The position numbers were made by a program, and so were the translations under genes. A DNA stretch of 63,489 nucleotides, filler included, from Intoshia linei (lineage: Eukaryota; Animalia; Orthonectida), in assembly GCA_001642005.1 (NCBI GenBank). It is 6 parts of 6 records of this genome, joined end to end, with 100 filler letters (N's around TTAATTAATTAA, not from the genome) between each part and the next. Parts side by side here need not be neighbours in the genome. Positions count along the whole stretch, not along the records: positions 6,367 to 25,276 come from LWCA01000764.1; positions 25,377 to 37,014 come from LWCA01001157.1; positions 37,115 to 53,290 come from LWCA01000870.1; 3 more parts are not named here. One strand, given 5' to 3'. The notes beneath the pieces were generated by a model that saw only the letters and a list, made by a program, of their open reading frames with translations, did not search any database and was not told the origin of the DNA. Of the stretch, positions 25,101 through 38,376 are shown one piece after another. Positions within the stretch are counted from its first letter, which is position 1. Each line of letters begins with the position of its first letter.

Positions 25101-28100
25101 TTACATAAGTTTTTTCTATTTGATAAGTCATTGAAATATTTTACAGAAAAGCATTTAAAGCGAAATTTTTAATAACCCATAAAGAAGAAATGAGATGGTT
25201 TTAAGAATTTGAACATTAATTTTAACGAAAATAATAAAAAAAGTGAAAGATTTATGAAATCGAAATTAAAACTACTNNNNNNNNNNNNNNNNNNNNNNNN
25301 NNNNNNNNNNNNNNNNNNNNTTAATTAATTAANNNNNNNNNNNNNNNNNNNNNNNNNNNNNNNNNNNNNNNNNNNNGAAAAATTAAATTAATTAGTATAT
25401 TATATAACATACGAGTATATTAGTTATGGGATTTTACCGATTAGCCTTCTGTGTCACTGACAGTGGGCCAAAATCATTTTTCAAAGCAAAAAAAAAAATT
25501 TTTATATTTTTTTTGTTAAAGTTGTGATAACTGAAGTTAATGAATACCATATGATAAATTCATGTATTGGCTAGAATTTGATGAAATAATTAGGTATATT
25601 GACGATGCGGTTTTATATCTACACGTCTTTATTTGCCTTATTCTCCCAATGTGAACATATGGAATGTGAAATAACTCCATAACTACAATTGATAATTACC
25701 TAAAATTTTATATGGTGAAAAATAGACAAGTATGTATTAACTTCCCAAATTTTTGAAAAAATCAAAGCCAAAAAATTGGAAAAATTTGTCTGGGAGTTAT
25801 AGGGTTAATTTATTGATTTATCTGAATTACATTTTTGTAAGTCAGGAAAAATTCACTTTTATTTCTAAAAGATGTACAAATCAATGATTACAAAAGATGT
25901 ATAAATTATGTGTGTCATATAACACAAAATGTAATTAATATTTAGTGAATTTACATTTTAATCAATATATTTTATGGCGAAATATTTCTTTTTTAATGTA
26001 TAAAAATTACCCAATGGTACACATTTTTCAGTATTAAAAAGTAGATGTAAAATCAGAATTATAATCTTTACATTTGTATATTATTATGTACCCAACTAGT
26101 TTGATCATTTCACCAAATCCAGGGTAATACAATATATTTTATCAAATTTTTTTAAAAAAAAAATGTAAACATAAGCATTAATTGAAATATTTATTGAATT
26201 AACAATTTTACAATTTGATGATTTTCTAATTAAATGTAAAATGCGAACAAAATGAAGTGACAAAATTACGTCAAAAACCCCAGTTGTCCCTCTTTTTGAA
26301 AATCAAACACATTGGAAAATTTAAAAAAATATATACGTTGATACGAATTTTACAATCATAAACATTATCACAAATTTAAATTTAACAAAATTATATCTTC
26401 AAGGCCAAAACCACAAATTACCCTTTTTTTTTTAATGAAAACAGCCCTAGAATTTCAAAAAATTTACAGGTTTTACAGTTGTATCCTGTTAACACACACA
26501 ATTTCAATCCAAATAAGTGACGACTTCACGGTCAAAATACTTTATTAAAACAAAAAATATGAAATAATTAACGGTCTAAAAATTAAAAAAAAAGATCCAA
26601 AAATTATTTTGATAGAGCTTATTCCAGTTGATATAAATACAAAATTGCAACCCCAGAAATTTACGCATTCCCGGTGAAAAATAATTTTTAATATATAATC
26701 AACCAATATTTTTCAAATATTTCGATTAAAATCAAAAATTGAAAATGTAAATTGATCCTACAATTTTAAAAATAAAGTGCAATTTGTAGTCTACACATTT
26801 CAAATAAAAAAATATTGGTAAAAATCTATATAATTCATTCCTTCACAATTTTTAAATTTCAAATTTTTGTTTTCAAAACATTTTTATTAAAACGTTTAAA
26901 TTTAAATAAGAAACTAAACAACGAAACTAAAAAATCCACTTTTACAAACCCCTATGGGAAAAATTCATTTTCACAAGCCCTAAAGTGTAAATTCAAATTT
27001 TACCTACCCTTAAGGGAAAAATCCACTTTTACCAATATTTAATAGAAAAATCCCACTTTTACTAACTCTTAGGGGAAAATAATTATTACTTAACCATTAA
27101 TTTTAAAATTATTAAAAAATCAATATTAATTTATTATAAATATCAAATCATCGTATGATGTCTTTTTTGAGTGGATTTTTATGAATCTGGTGGGCTAACC
27201 ATGTTTTATTGTAAATTTTTTTTTTAAATTCAGTTTTAGCTCATTTGTTTGGTTTATTTGCTTACAATTTTTTCAACTACACACTTAAAATAACTCCGAT
27301 GGACTTTATTCTTCTACCCGTCATTATCATAAAAATTAAAATGATCGTATCCAAAACATGCACATTTCAATAAATAAAACTTATTTTTATTCATAAACTA
27401 GGTTGACTGTTATGTACTACGTAAAAACAGCACCTAGCTCTGCTGAAGGCGGATATTTTTTTCTACCAAAAAAATAAATCCATATCTCAACAAGAAAATC
27501 TAACTTAAAAATGCTACTATTCAATATTATCAATCCTTTATAGGAATGGTTCCCAAATTTGTTTCCCATGGAACCGTCATATCACATTATTTTTTAATTT
27601 AAAGTAAATTATTCCACTTTAAATTTTTGAATCGTAATTTACAATTCTTAACAATAAATTAAATTTAAAAATGAAGTAAATTAAATTTTTATTACATAGT
27701 GACATCAAAATAATTAGATAGAATTTTAATATAAAATAAACTACAAATAATTGTAAATCAAAATATTCAAAGCGATAATATGTACTCACATAATTTACAA
27801 AATTTATTTTTATATAAAAATTTGTAAACTTTAATAAAATGAACGCTATGGCATAATTAAATAACAAAACTTGTGAAAATTCATTCTTAGAGGTATATTT
27901 TTATCTATATTCAGGTGCTTAAGATTTTAAATGCATTTTTTGATATTGTCATTTCAAATGACTCATTTTAATTTACAATTTAGTTTTGAACGTTTTTTAA
28001 ATATGAAATACGAGCCGTACTATGACGTTTACTTCGATACGTAAAACTAGAGCCTCGTACGTGATAAATACATGATAAGAAAACTTTGACATTATTTTAA

Positions 28101-28718
28101 AGTTCATTTTGTTTTTATAATATTATATTTTGGTTCCAATTTGGCGAGTTTGACCTTGGAACTTGTCTCTCAATTAACGTAATTTCGGCTGTCGTCATTT
28201 TATCATATAAATACCCATAAGTTTAGGCTACAAACCAGTTTAAAATGAGTATGGTACTAAACAGAAAATTTTAAATGTACTTTATTTTACTTTTTATTAT
28301 ATCGGTGTTTAAAGTTGTCATAATTTTATAAAAATTGTCAATAAAAACAAAAATGAATGAGATAAAATTGAATTTAACGATGCAAAATGAACAACTAAAC
28401 ATGACGATCAACACAAGACCACTCAAAATATAACTACGATATATCATCATCACATTTCATTAGATAAAGTTATATTTTAGTTTTTTAAGCACATTTTTGT
28501 ATGAAATTTTTAAAATGGCAAGGGTCTTGGCAAAAAAATCTCCAAAATCATTTTTTTCAGTGTAGCGATAAAACTGTCATACGTGACTTTATCAGGTCCT
28601 TTACCATAAAATTCCCAAAAAAACTATTAAAATTCACACCCCTAGTATATAAATCGATTTAGAATACTTAATTTTTTAAATTATGAAGTAATATTTATTG
28701 AATTTTACGGAAACATTA

Positions 28719-31700
28719 TCAAATAGCTACACTTGTAATTAATTTTAAAACAACATTTTCAAAGAAATTGGCAAAAATGTAGTGAGTAACTGTCATGATA
28801 GCTTGGCGTTTGGTTATAGCCAGAATTACTAATGATATTATTAGAAAAAAGCAACATATAACCAACAGAGCTTTAACTGACACCATTTGAGATATTTCAA
28901 TTTTAAGTGAACCAATGGAAACGTATTTAGCCGCATATTTTTTTAATTGAATTTGAATATTTTCACATGAAAAGGTAATATTTTCTGAAAGGTTGCTAAA
29001 ACAGTATTTTTCATAGAATGACTCATTAAATAATTTTATGTATCCCATTTGAATGTTTTGCATTTTTGAGTTAAAACAAACATTTTTAAACTCTAAATTT
29101 TTGGGGTTGAAGCATAAATTATTTATTTTTGTATATCCCAATTGACACATAAAGTCTAAATCCGTGCATTGTACGTAAAGGTTGCGTTTTATTTGTAAAT
29201 CTTTTGGGTCTACTTGGCATGGGATTTTTGTTTTAACCTTTTGAAATAATAGTAATCTGTCATCCCGTGTTACACCAATGTTACTTGTATCATTTAGTTT
29301 GCATTTATCGATTTCTCCAAAATTTATAGTAGATATAGTAAAATTTTTAGTGTTGAGAAATACTAGACTAAGCATTTGGTTATTGCTCATAGTCTCTTTG
29401 ATTATGAATTCATCTTTGTAACTAAATTGAATCGATGTTTTTAGCTTGTGCCAAGATCTAGCTCCATCAAATGATAACCACATATTTAATGTGTCATGCA
29501 TGTAAATTATGATATATTCAGTGTTTTCGTTTTTAATGTAGATGGAGTGTATGTTTTCTGACATTATTTGCACCCATTTTTTTACCCCATAATTTACAAA
29601 ATATGTTCCATGAAAGGGGGTTTCAATGTTTGAGATTTGAATTATTGTTATACCCATTTTGTAACTAAACGCAAAATGTGTAATATTTTGTTTGGCGTTT
29701 CCTAAAAATGACTCAAAACTATCTCCATTGTCATACGATATGTAATTTTTAAAAATGGATGACAGTATTGTTATCGTATAAAATTCGTGAATGGCTGTAT
29801 ACCATTTAATATCTTCATTTATTGTTGGATAATCTACCCGTGTAATTTCATAATAACGATGACTCGATTTGTATAATTGTATGACATATATTTGTTTGAA
29901 AAAGCTTTTCCATGACTTTTCTTTTTTCTAAATTTTCAATTATAATTATTTATTTAACCATATTGTACACTCGGTGACAAAACTATAGACCACTTGTATA
30001 ACAGCGAATAAAAAACAAAAAAACGTAATTGATTGCTAATATTTAGAATATATGCGCACTCTTATATGTTGTTGACAATATAATATTTGAAATTTTGATT
30101 TAACGAATAAATTTTTTTTGAAATCACCAAGAAAATAGAATTAAATAGTTATTGAATAAGAGTGACAAAGTGTTATGTAGCATTTTAATTACATTGAATA
30201 AACCATAATAATTTATTAAATGATATGGTTAATAGTGAGTCATTCCACCTTTCTTTGAAATTAATTCAAAAATTTTTGAAGGCATGCTTTCAATTAGGGT
30301 GTCTACCGTTTTTTGGTCAATCGCAATCCAAGCTTCCTCAATTTTATTTTTGAGAGAATTGATGGTATAATATTGTTTTGCATTTTTATAGACTACATTT
30401 AAATTCGGGGAGCAAGGTGGCCACCATAAAACGTTTATATTCTTTTGGGTAATCTAATTTATAATAAGATGCGTTGTCTTGTTGGAAACCTTCAAATTTT
30501 CTCTGGCATGGAAGTAAATAATCATTTTTGTATATTTTTCTGATTTGAATTTTTCGTCTGTGAAGCACAATTTCGTTTTAGCTTTTTATCGAATCTAGCC
30601 CATACCATGATACTTTGACGTCAAAGTTTTGACATTATTTCTTTTCTCACATCATATGAAAATAAAATGAAAAGCTATCGGCATCATCGAGATTCGAACG
30701 TTTTTCATTTGAAAATCAAATTTGGATCAAATTTGTAGCTATGTTAGAACGAGCGAATTCAATTATTTTTTCGAGGTGAATAAGTCAGATTAGGACATTT
30801 GATCATTCTTCTTATTTGGATTAGTGGTGAGTTAAATAATTCTCGTTGTATCATTCTTGTGGAAACATGGTTTAAACCACAATTTGATTCAATTAATCCG
30901 GCCGAAAGCGGAGAATTGGATGCAGTTTTAATTAAGAGACTACTGACAGAAGAACTTAGCTATACTGAGCGTTCTATTCGATTGCACATTTTGTTAGATA
31001 TAGACACTGTAATATGTTTTTGAATAATTTTTATTTTAATGCTAATTTATGACTGACTGTACCCTTCTTTTAATATAATATTAATTGCCCTGTTTCTTTG
31101 TCAGTTAATCGTTTTCCTTTTGGCATACTGAAAATATTGTGTCGACTAGACTTAAATAATAAATAAAATTATATTCTAAAAAATGGTTTTAACATTGATA
31201 AATATCTAAAATATATTCCTTTACACCACTTTTGTCGCGTGATCGATAATGAACAATGTTGTATACTGTAATTAAAGATGAATAGTGGCAACACATTTAT
31301 TTTGTAAATTTATAAATTATCAGCGAAGAGCATATTTTTGAATTTGACTAATGAAAAATGACCCTTTTCATTTTTCAGTGGGTGTTCAATAGTTTTGTCA
31401 CCGAGTCTACATAACTTATATGTAAGGTTTTGGTAATTGTGATAAATTTATTGATTGACCATTTCAGTTAACTGAAGTATATAATTGACTGGGTTAATTG
31501 TTATGTAGTACGTAGTATGTACAAACAGCACCTAGCTCTGCCGAGGGCGGACTTTTTTATTCTACTAAAAAAATAAATTAAATCAGAAATATCACATTAC
31601 CTTTTAATTTAAAATTAATTATTCCACATTATTTTTATTATGTTAACATTTGTGTTAAGAATTTTAAAAACAATACAACACTAAACATTACACTGGGCAT

Positions 31701-32594
31701 GTCCCATAATCTAAATTCTAGACTCCGGTGATGACTGTTAATATCAACACTACAGGAAAACGCTTTTCAGCAATTTTAATCAGATGTGTTTAAATTTTAA
31801 AACCTAAAATAACTCAAAAATTCTTAAACTTACTAAATTTTTCACAATCACAATAAATGTGCTACCTTCATGGTGAGCAGTACTCGGTTCCTCAATTGTA
31901 ATATTTTTATTATTGAAAAATCATAATTTTGCGGTTTTTCATTCACTATTTTAATTTCAATAGGTTTAAAAGCCTCCAACATGTAATGTTGGATATTTTT
32001 ATAATATATTATACTTTCATTAAAAACTATTTTTGTATATTTTTCCAACTTTGAAATTTCTCCATTGTCCTTTCGATAAAAGTAAATGTATTCAAAACCC
32101 TTTAAATAAACACCTTTTGTCTGATACGATATGTGAATATCTAATGTTTTCGGAATGTCGATTGTCTTTACTGCATCATTTTCAATTTCAAATATAATTT
32201 CACCCGACGATTGCAAAATATAATTCGTATTTACACGTAAAAAATCAAAAATATCTTTACGCCCTAAAACCATAATTTCAATTTTTTTTTTTGTATCGTG
32301 TATAATTATTAGCGTTTTAAATTGATGTTTTATGAAAATTTTGAATATGCAATAATTATCATGATATTTTCTTTCAACAGTTTCATATTCATATTGATCA
32401 ATTTTTTCAAAATTTGTCGTATATTTGTATATTGTTATTGTATCGTGATTTTGAATTATGTATTTGTTTCCTACTACAAAATGCGTATTTTTTGGACCAT
32501 TTGACCACTGCTTTAGAGTTATATTTTTTGGATTCAGAATTAGACTCTTTTCAATTATACACAGATTTAATATTAGTATGAAATGTATCATCAT
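28719..32594 (-). CDS. Divergent VPS10-domain (sortilin/SorCS-like) type I membrane protein; middle region appears frameshifted
   Basis: N-terminal hydrophobic signal. The 3' exon 29927-28719 has Asp-boxes YISYDNGDSF and WLSFDGARSW, a 10CC-like CTDLDFMCQLGYTKINNLC and a TM helix ALLVICCFFLIISLVILAI. The join through 31690-31920 could not be made cleanly. Confidence 0.6.
29968..31407 (-). mobile_element. Tc1/Tc3-like element, decayed, inside the VPS10-like gene intron
   Basis: TA-flanked TIR (C)ACTCGGTGACAAAACTAT; transposase from ATG 31126 MPKGKRLTDKETGQL, with FSNEKRSNLDDAD and FQQDNASYY. Confidence 0.88.
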
Positions 32595-35024
32595 TTATTA
32601 TAAAAATTTATCATTTTTTATCAAATATTTACTCAATACACACTTGTCTAAATACGAATCTTATAAAAGACATCATCAAATCTACTAGTTTTGTACACAT
32701 CATTTAATCTTAATGATACATTATAATGTAATTTTTATTTGTTTTAATGGCTTTGTTCGGAAATGGATGGTCATTTAGTCATGTCGTGGGTGTTAAAAAT
32801 ATAATACTGAGTCAGTATTGGATTTTTAATTATGTTCAAATTTCTAGGAATTATTTTTATAGATATTTCATATGGAACTTTTATGCCTGTGGAATTCATT
32901 CTGGATTAAATTTGCATTTTTTATTAGTTTATTGTATTTAGGGCAGTGCTTCTCAAAGTAATAAACATGGTGGACCCTCAAAATGGAAAAATATTTATCA
33001 TGGACCCATAAAATATTTATGTGTAAATATTAATCATATTTTTAATTAGAAAATTTTATTCTTCCTATTTCTAAAATATTTTTGATATTCAATACATACT
33101 TTAAAATTATTAAATCGCTAAAATGCAATTAAATAAGTTTAATTAACATGTCAAATGGATGAGCTTCATGATTTAGTAACTAGATTTTACTATAATATTT
33201 GTTAACTCAGACGTTAATTTTTTCTAAGAGATTAATTGATAAACGTGTTTTTTTTAAAATTGATATAAAGTGTTAACTGATTAAAAAATAATTGAAGTTT
33301 CTACAAATTCAGTTTTACCTTAATTATATTTTTCATTTTGTATGTAGATTAAGTGTTAGTTTTTTCTACTTTTATTTGGTAAAATTGTATTTTTTAAAAA
33401 AATATTGCAAAAAGGGGAATATTTTCTTTTAAAGGTTGGTAAAATTGTATTAAGTGTTATCACGGCTGGTTTGGTAATATTGCTTTTAAAAAAAATAGAA
33501 TAAGTGGATTTCTCCCTTAAGGGATGGTAATCTTGGATTTTGTCTATTAGGGTACGATTAAGAGGTTCTTTCTTGTCAGGTTTAATAAAAACGGATTTTT
33601 TAAAAAAATATTATGAAGTGGATTTCCATTAAGGGGTGATAAATTTGGAGTTTCTCTTTTTGAGTTGGATTTAGTGGTGTTTTCTCCTTAATAATATTAA
33701 ATTAATTCCTGAAATAATACATTACTTTAGCCGTGGACCCCTGGGGTCTGCAGAGACCATTCACTTTACTAAGGGTCTTAATGTCTAGTTTAGTTTTATG
33801 TCTCATATATTAAATTCCAGTTATTTTACTACGGTTCTCCAATCCACTGCGCGAGTTGATTTTTTGAAAAATTTATTAAATCAAAGATTTTACTAAATTA
33901 AATAAAATGTGCTAAAAATTTATCATTCACCTCAATCATCTAAAATTTTCGCATTCACCCCGGTTGGATGACCAGTCACCCTCATGCTGTGTATTGTTCA
34001 CACTGCTGTACACTGTATTATTTAGAAAGGTGCGGCCTTATTAAATTTTTTTGAGATGTTAGTGCAGTCTCCGAACAGTAAATACTACTCCACTTCTGAA
34101 CTATGCATTCTGTTTGTATTGCTTATTTAAAGAACCCAATTACGCATTGTCTCAGTTGTTAATTCTAAAGGTGTTAATTGTATGTTGTCTTTTTTTGTTT
34201 TTGAGTATTTTCTTGAAATTTTTTAGTTACACTTTGTTGAGGCTCATATGGAGTGTAAAATTTGTATATTAAGTGCCTAGTGCGCGCATATAAATCATAG
34301 GCTTGAAGTGTCTCTCTGGTTGAATGATTATTATCGTTTAGTTAATATTGTGTGAGTTTGAATACGTTACATTTCACACAAGTCAAAATTTTCAACTGCA
34401 CACTCAACCATTATGTCACTTTCAAAATAGAATATAAATTTGCTGAATCCTTATATCTCACGTCCATTATTAATGTATGATTTAATACAAATTTAATTAC
34501 TTTAAATTACACATTCTAGAAATTTTCTTTATTTAAATTTCATAACCTAGTAAATTAAATGTATATATCACAAAATAGTACAATAATAAAATTACCTAAA
34601 TGTCACGTTCAAGAAAAATTGTAACTACCATTTTTTTCATGTGTCACAATGTGTGTGATATATGCTTTGTATTAGTTACGTTGCTAAAGATTTTTGTGCA
34701 TTATGGAAATGATGTTGAAGTTAAATTGTCTTTCATGGTTACAATCTTACACAGTTGTGCAAAAATTTAATTTTTTATTTTAAATTTCAACATAATTGGA
34801 CACGGTAAACAAAAAAATATTTACATCATATAATAATCTTAATGTTATTTTAAAATTTAAGTAAATTACTCCATTAAATGTATTTTTTAAATATTGTTTT
34901 TATGAAACACATGTTTAAGCATTATATTAGATACACTAAATGAATATAACTGATACTTGATATTAAATTTATTTTATATAACATGATTTATTTCACTATT
35001 TTTATTTAGACACGAGGAAACTCT

Positions 35025-36541
35025 ATGTATAGTTTTAACAACGTTAGCAGAGTTGAAACAATCAAACCTCATATAAATATTCCGTCCATGAGGTCTTATA
35101 TAATCCGAGTGACCGAATTGGATCACGCATACACCAATAGTTATCCTTTCCAAAATGTCTATTCTCGTAGATCTGTTAAAAAGAATTATCAAGGCTTATT
35201 TAGAGGGTACTTTATTTACAATATATCTGTTTTAACTGATGCGCCGTCCAAAATTGAGAAAATGAAAATGAATTTTTTTTTAATTCCAAGTGCATTCCAA
35301 TGGAAAAAGGCTGGGAAACACTGATATAATTAAAGTCATTACGGTTTTAAGATTAATATGGTATCCAGAAAATAATTAAAATTTAAATTTTAGAAAAGGC
35401 ACCAAGACTAAAATAGTCAAAACGTTTTTATTGTAAGGAATATATGATTTAATTAAGGGTGGACCAAAACAAATTTGCTATTAAATTGCTCGATTTTCTT
35501 CAGTTCCTTAATTTTTTTTAATAGTTTTTAAAATGAATGTTATGTTAAAAATTTTTTGGACCCTTGAGAAGCGATGATATAAACCTTTGGTATAATCCGG
35601 TTCACAGAATCGTTGGTAAATTTTTTTAATTACAAAACATAATTGTTATACATATTTTTAGATCCAGTCATAACGAATTGGAGAAAAATAGGTGAATTTT
35701 TTTTGTTATAAAGGAATTATAAAAATTTATATAAAAGACTAAATATTTTAATTTCGTAATATAGAAAATATTAATTCTTGTTTATTTATTTAAATTTCCC
35801 TGTAATATTTTAATACCTTTAATTAAATGATTTTGTTTAGACGAGCTCATTTACGTTATTGTCTTGATCAACTTCATAACATTTTACCCGCCAACAATGA
35901 ATTTCAAAAACATACTACTCTTTCTCTCCTAACCAATGCGAAAAAGTATATTGAAGTAACTTATTATATGCATTTTTTACACTATTATCATTAGAACCGC
36001 CTGCATATTCTCAAGGTTCAGAATGTAATTAAAAGAAAATTGTTACTTCAAAAATCAATTATGAAGTGCAAATTAAATTTGCTTTTGAAAATATTTAAAA
36101 GAAAACGAAGCATTATTATCAAATTGCCTTACTTGATGGAAACGATACAATTCCGAAAATTTGATGTTGATTTATTGTTTGATCAGATTAAAACGAATAT
36201 TTTCCAGTTTGTTCACAATATTGAAACAAATTACATTTCATTTAAAACAAACCTAGTGGAATATTCTTCCAATGTCACAATACCAGTTTCCATTACTCAG
36301 AAAGACGACTGTAAAAAGTATTTAGTCAATATTATTCTGGACAAAAATACCTTGATTAATCTTGTAAACAACTCGAATTATAATCAAGTTAACAAGTTTA
36401 TACAAACATGTATTCAAGAATTATTCAAGTTGTTGGAACAAGGTATAGTTTTTTTTATTTTATATTAATGTTTTTATAGGAGACACAAAGCTTAATGTTG
36501 TTATCAAATCGAACGATGTAAATAAATTACGTGTTTTTTGA
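35025..36541 (+). CDS. Mad/Mxi1 (MXD-family) bHLH transcription factor
   Basis: Exons (35010)35025-35206, 35662-35691, 35841-35955, 35995-36442 and 36480-36541 give SSHNELEKNR|RAHLRYCLDQLHNILP...HTTLSLLTNAKKYIE. ELDHAY resembles Mad EHGY. The start is uncertain. Confidence 0.85.
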
Positions 36542-36689
36542 TGTTATTATTTGTTGTATTATGATTAAAAAATTTGTATTAGAGCCATTCTCAAAAAAAT
36601 AAAATTATTTCAATTTAAGTAACCTACAGGAAATGATATCTAAGACTCATATTAATCTGAAATATTAAGATACCATATTACAAAAAAAA

Positions 36690-37014
36690 GTGATCAGCAC
36701 AAAATGTAATTAATTCATTAATTTTGTTCATTAAATAATCTAAAATCAATTAGGTTCAGTCTTCTTGGATGAAGTATTGCAAACTCATTAACTAAACTTT
36801 CAATATAAAAATTATTGTCTTAGTGGAAATTCATGAGGGCCAGTCCATATATACGATTACCAGTCATTGTTGATCTTAAAAAGGTTTTCAATCTTCTCGA
36901 AATGCTCATGGAACGTTCACATGTGATTGACAATGTTGCCAAAATAATTAAAGGTTGATAAATATTTGGAAACAAATTAGAATTTTAGCTTTCGATTAAT
37001 TGTATGATAGTGGT
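36690..37014 (-). pseudogene. hAT transposase C-terminal dimerization-domain remnant
   Basis: LFPNIYQPLIILATLSITCERSMSISRRLKTFLRSTMTGNRIYGLALMNFH*; truncated by the gap. Confidence 0.85.
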
Positions 37015-37601
37015 NNNNNNNNNNNNNNNNNNNNNNNNNNNNNNNNNNNNNNNNNNNNTTAATTAATTAANNNNNNNNNNNNNNNNNNNNNNNNNNNNNN
37101 NNNNNNNNNNNNNNTTTCATTTTAAAATTGTAAAATAATTATGCACGTGTAAAATTTGTAAATGTAAAAGTAGTTGATAATTAGTTATATTTAGGCTCGG
37201 GAAAATTAAACTCTTAGTGCAGTTTTAGATATGACTTAAATTTTACAAGCCTAAAATTCAGTCAAAGATTTCGGGTAAACGGAACTGAACTTTTGTTGTA
37301 ATTATTCAAATGTTGAGGTTGGACATCACTGCTTTAGACATTTAAAATTATAGCATGGTCAGACATACAGTTGCATAGATCAGCTGACGCTATAGATATT
37401 CCATAGATATTAGTTGAGAATGGGACCGGAAAGTCTTAAAAACTACCAAATGACCTAAATGTCAGTAAACTTGTCGACAACCTAAGTCGTTAAAATAACT
37501 TTCCCAAAGGTGATTAAACTTGTCGACATGAAAAGTCATTAAAAATATCAGTTAGTTAGTGGGTAGCCGCGCCTTGGTGCCCTGGCAATTAAGTTGGAAG
37601 G

Positions 37602-37738
37602 TGTAGTGTTGTACCAGTTAGTTGTTTAGTTATATATATGTTATAATTTTGGATTAAACATTGTACGTAAATTGTCTTGAATTTATTGAATAAGTTTCGC
37701 TGATAAATCTAGAGACCTTCAAACCTCAGAACATTACA
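37602..37738 (+). repeat. Putative short 3' LTR
   Basis: TGTAGTGTT...AACATTACA termini, purine-rich GGAAGG immediately 5', and internal TATATATA and ATTAAA. Confidence 0.4.
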
Positions 37739-38376
37739 AATTACTTCATTAATTATAATTTAAATTTTAATCAATCAAAATTATACTAAATTCGAATAAA
37801 ACATTAATTAATAAGGATAAAATTTATTTATATACAATTTTCATGATAATTTTGTATTTTAATATGAACTGATGTTTAATGAATAATACGTGTCAAAGCT
37901 TTTGACACAAAAATGCGTCAAAATGTCGTAATGGGTTAAAATATCCAAAACACAGTTTTAGCACGATTACTGCATAAAGCTAATGCACTTAGCTATATAT
38001 TTTATTATTAAAATGAGTGATACATTTTATCATTTTTTTACTCGTTTTATCATTTCAAAAGTTCTCGTTTTAGTTTACTATATTTATCATACTTTTATGC
38101 CAATGACTAACTAAAATTGTGTAAATATTTACACATTTTCTAAGACTTAATATAAGTTCTAAATTGGCCTAAATATTAATCTAATGTAGTACACATGAAT
38201 CATATATATTCTATGAAATCCATACAATCATACTGTGATATGATAGTATATATGGATACCAAAGTAAACTAAATTTCAATAATTAATTAAAATTTACATG
38301 TAAATTCTAACATTGTAATTTATACATTTTTATATTAAAAATTAAATGTAATAACTAAATTATTACATATCAAGAA

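Noticed and set aside
25441-25808. piggyBac-like MITE
   Set aside because: The right end AGGG-TTAA fits, but the left end is too degenerate to support it.
26815-28453. Short F/I/K/N-rich ORFs (also 48606-48791, 45950-46300, 56441-56638)
   Set aside because: Compositional artefacts in AT-rich repeats, with no motifs or splice support.
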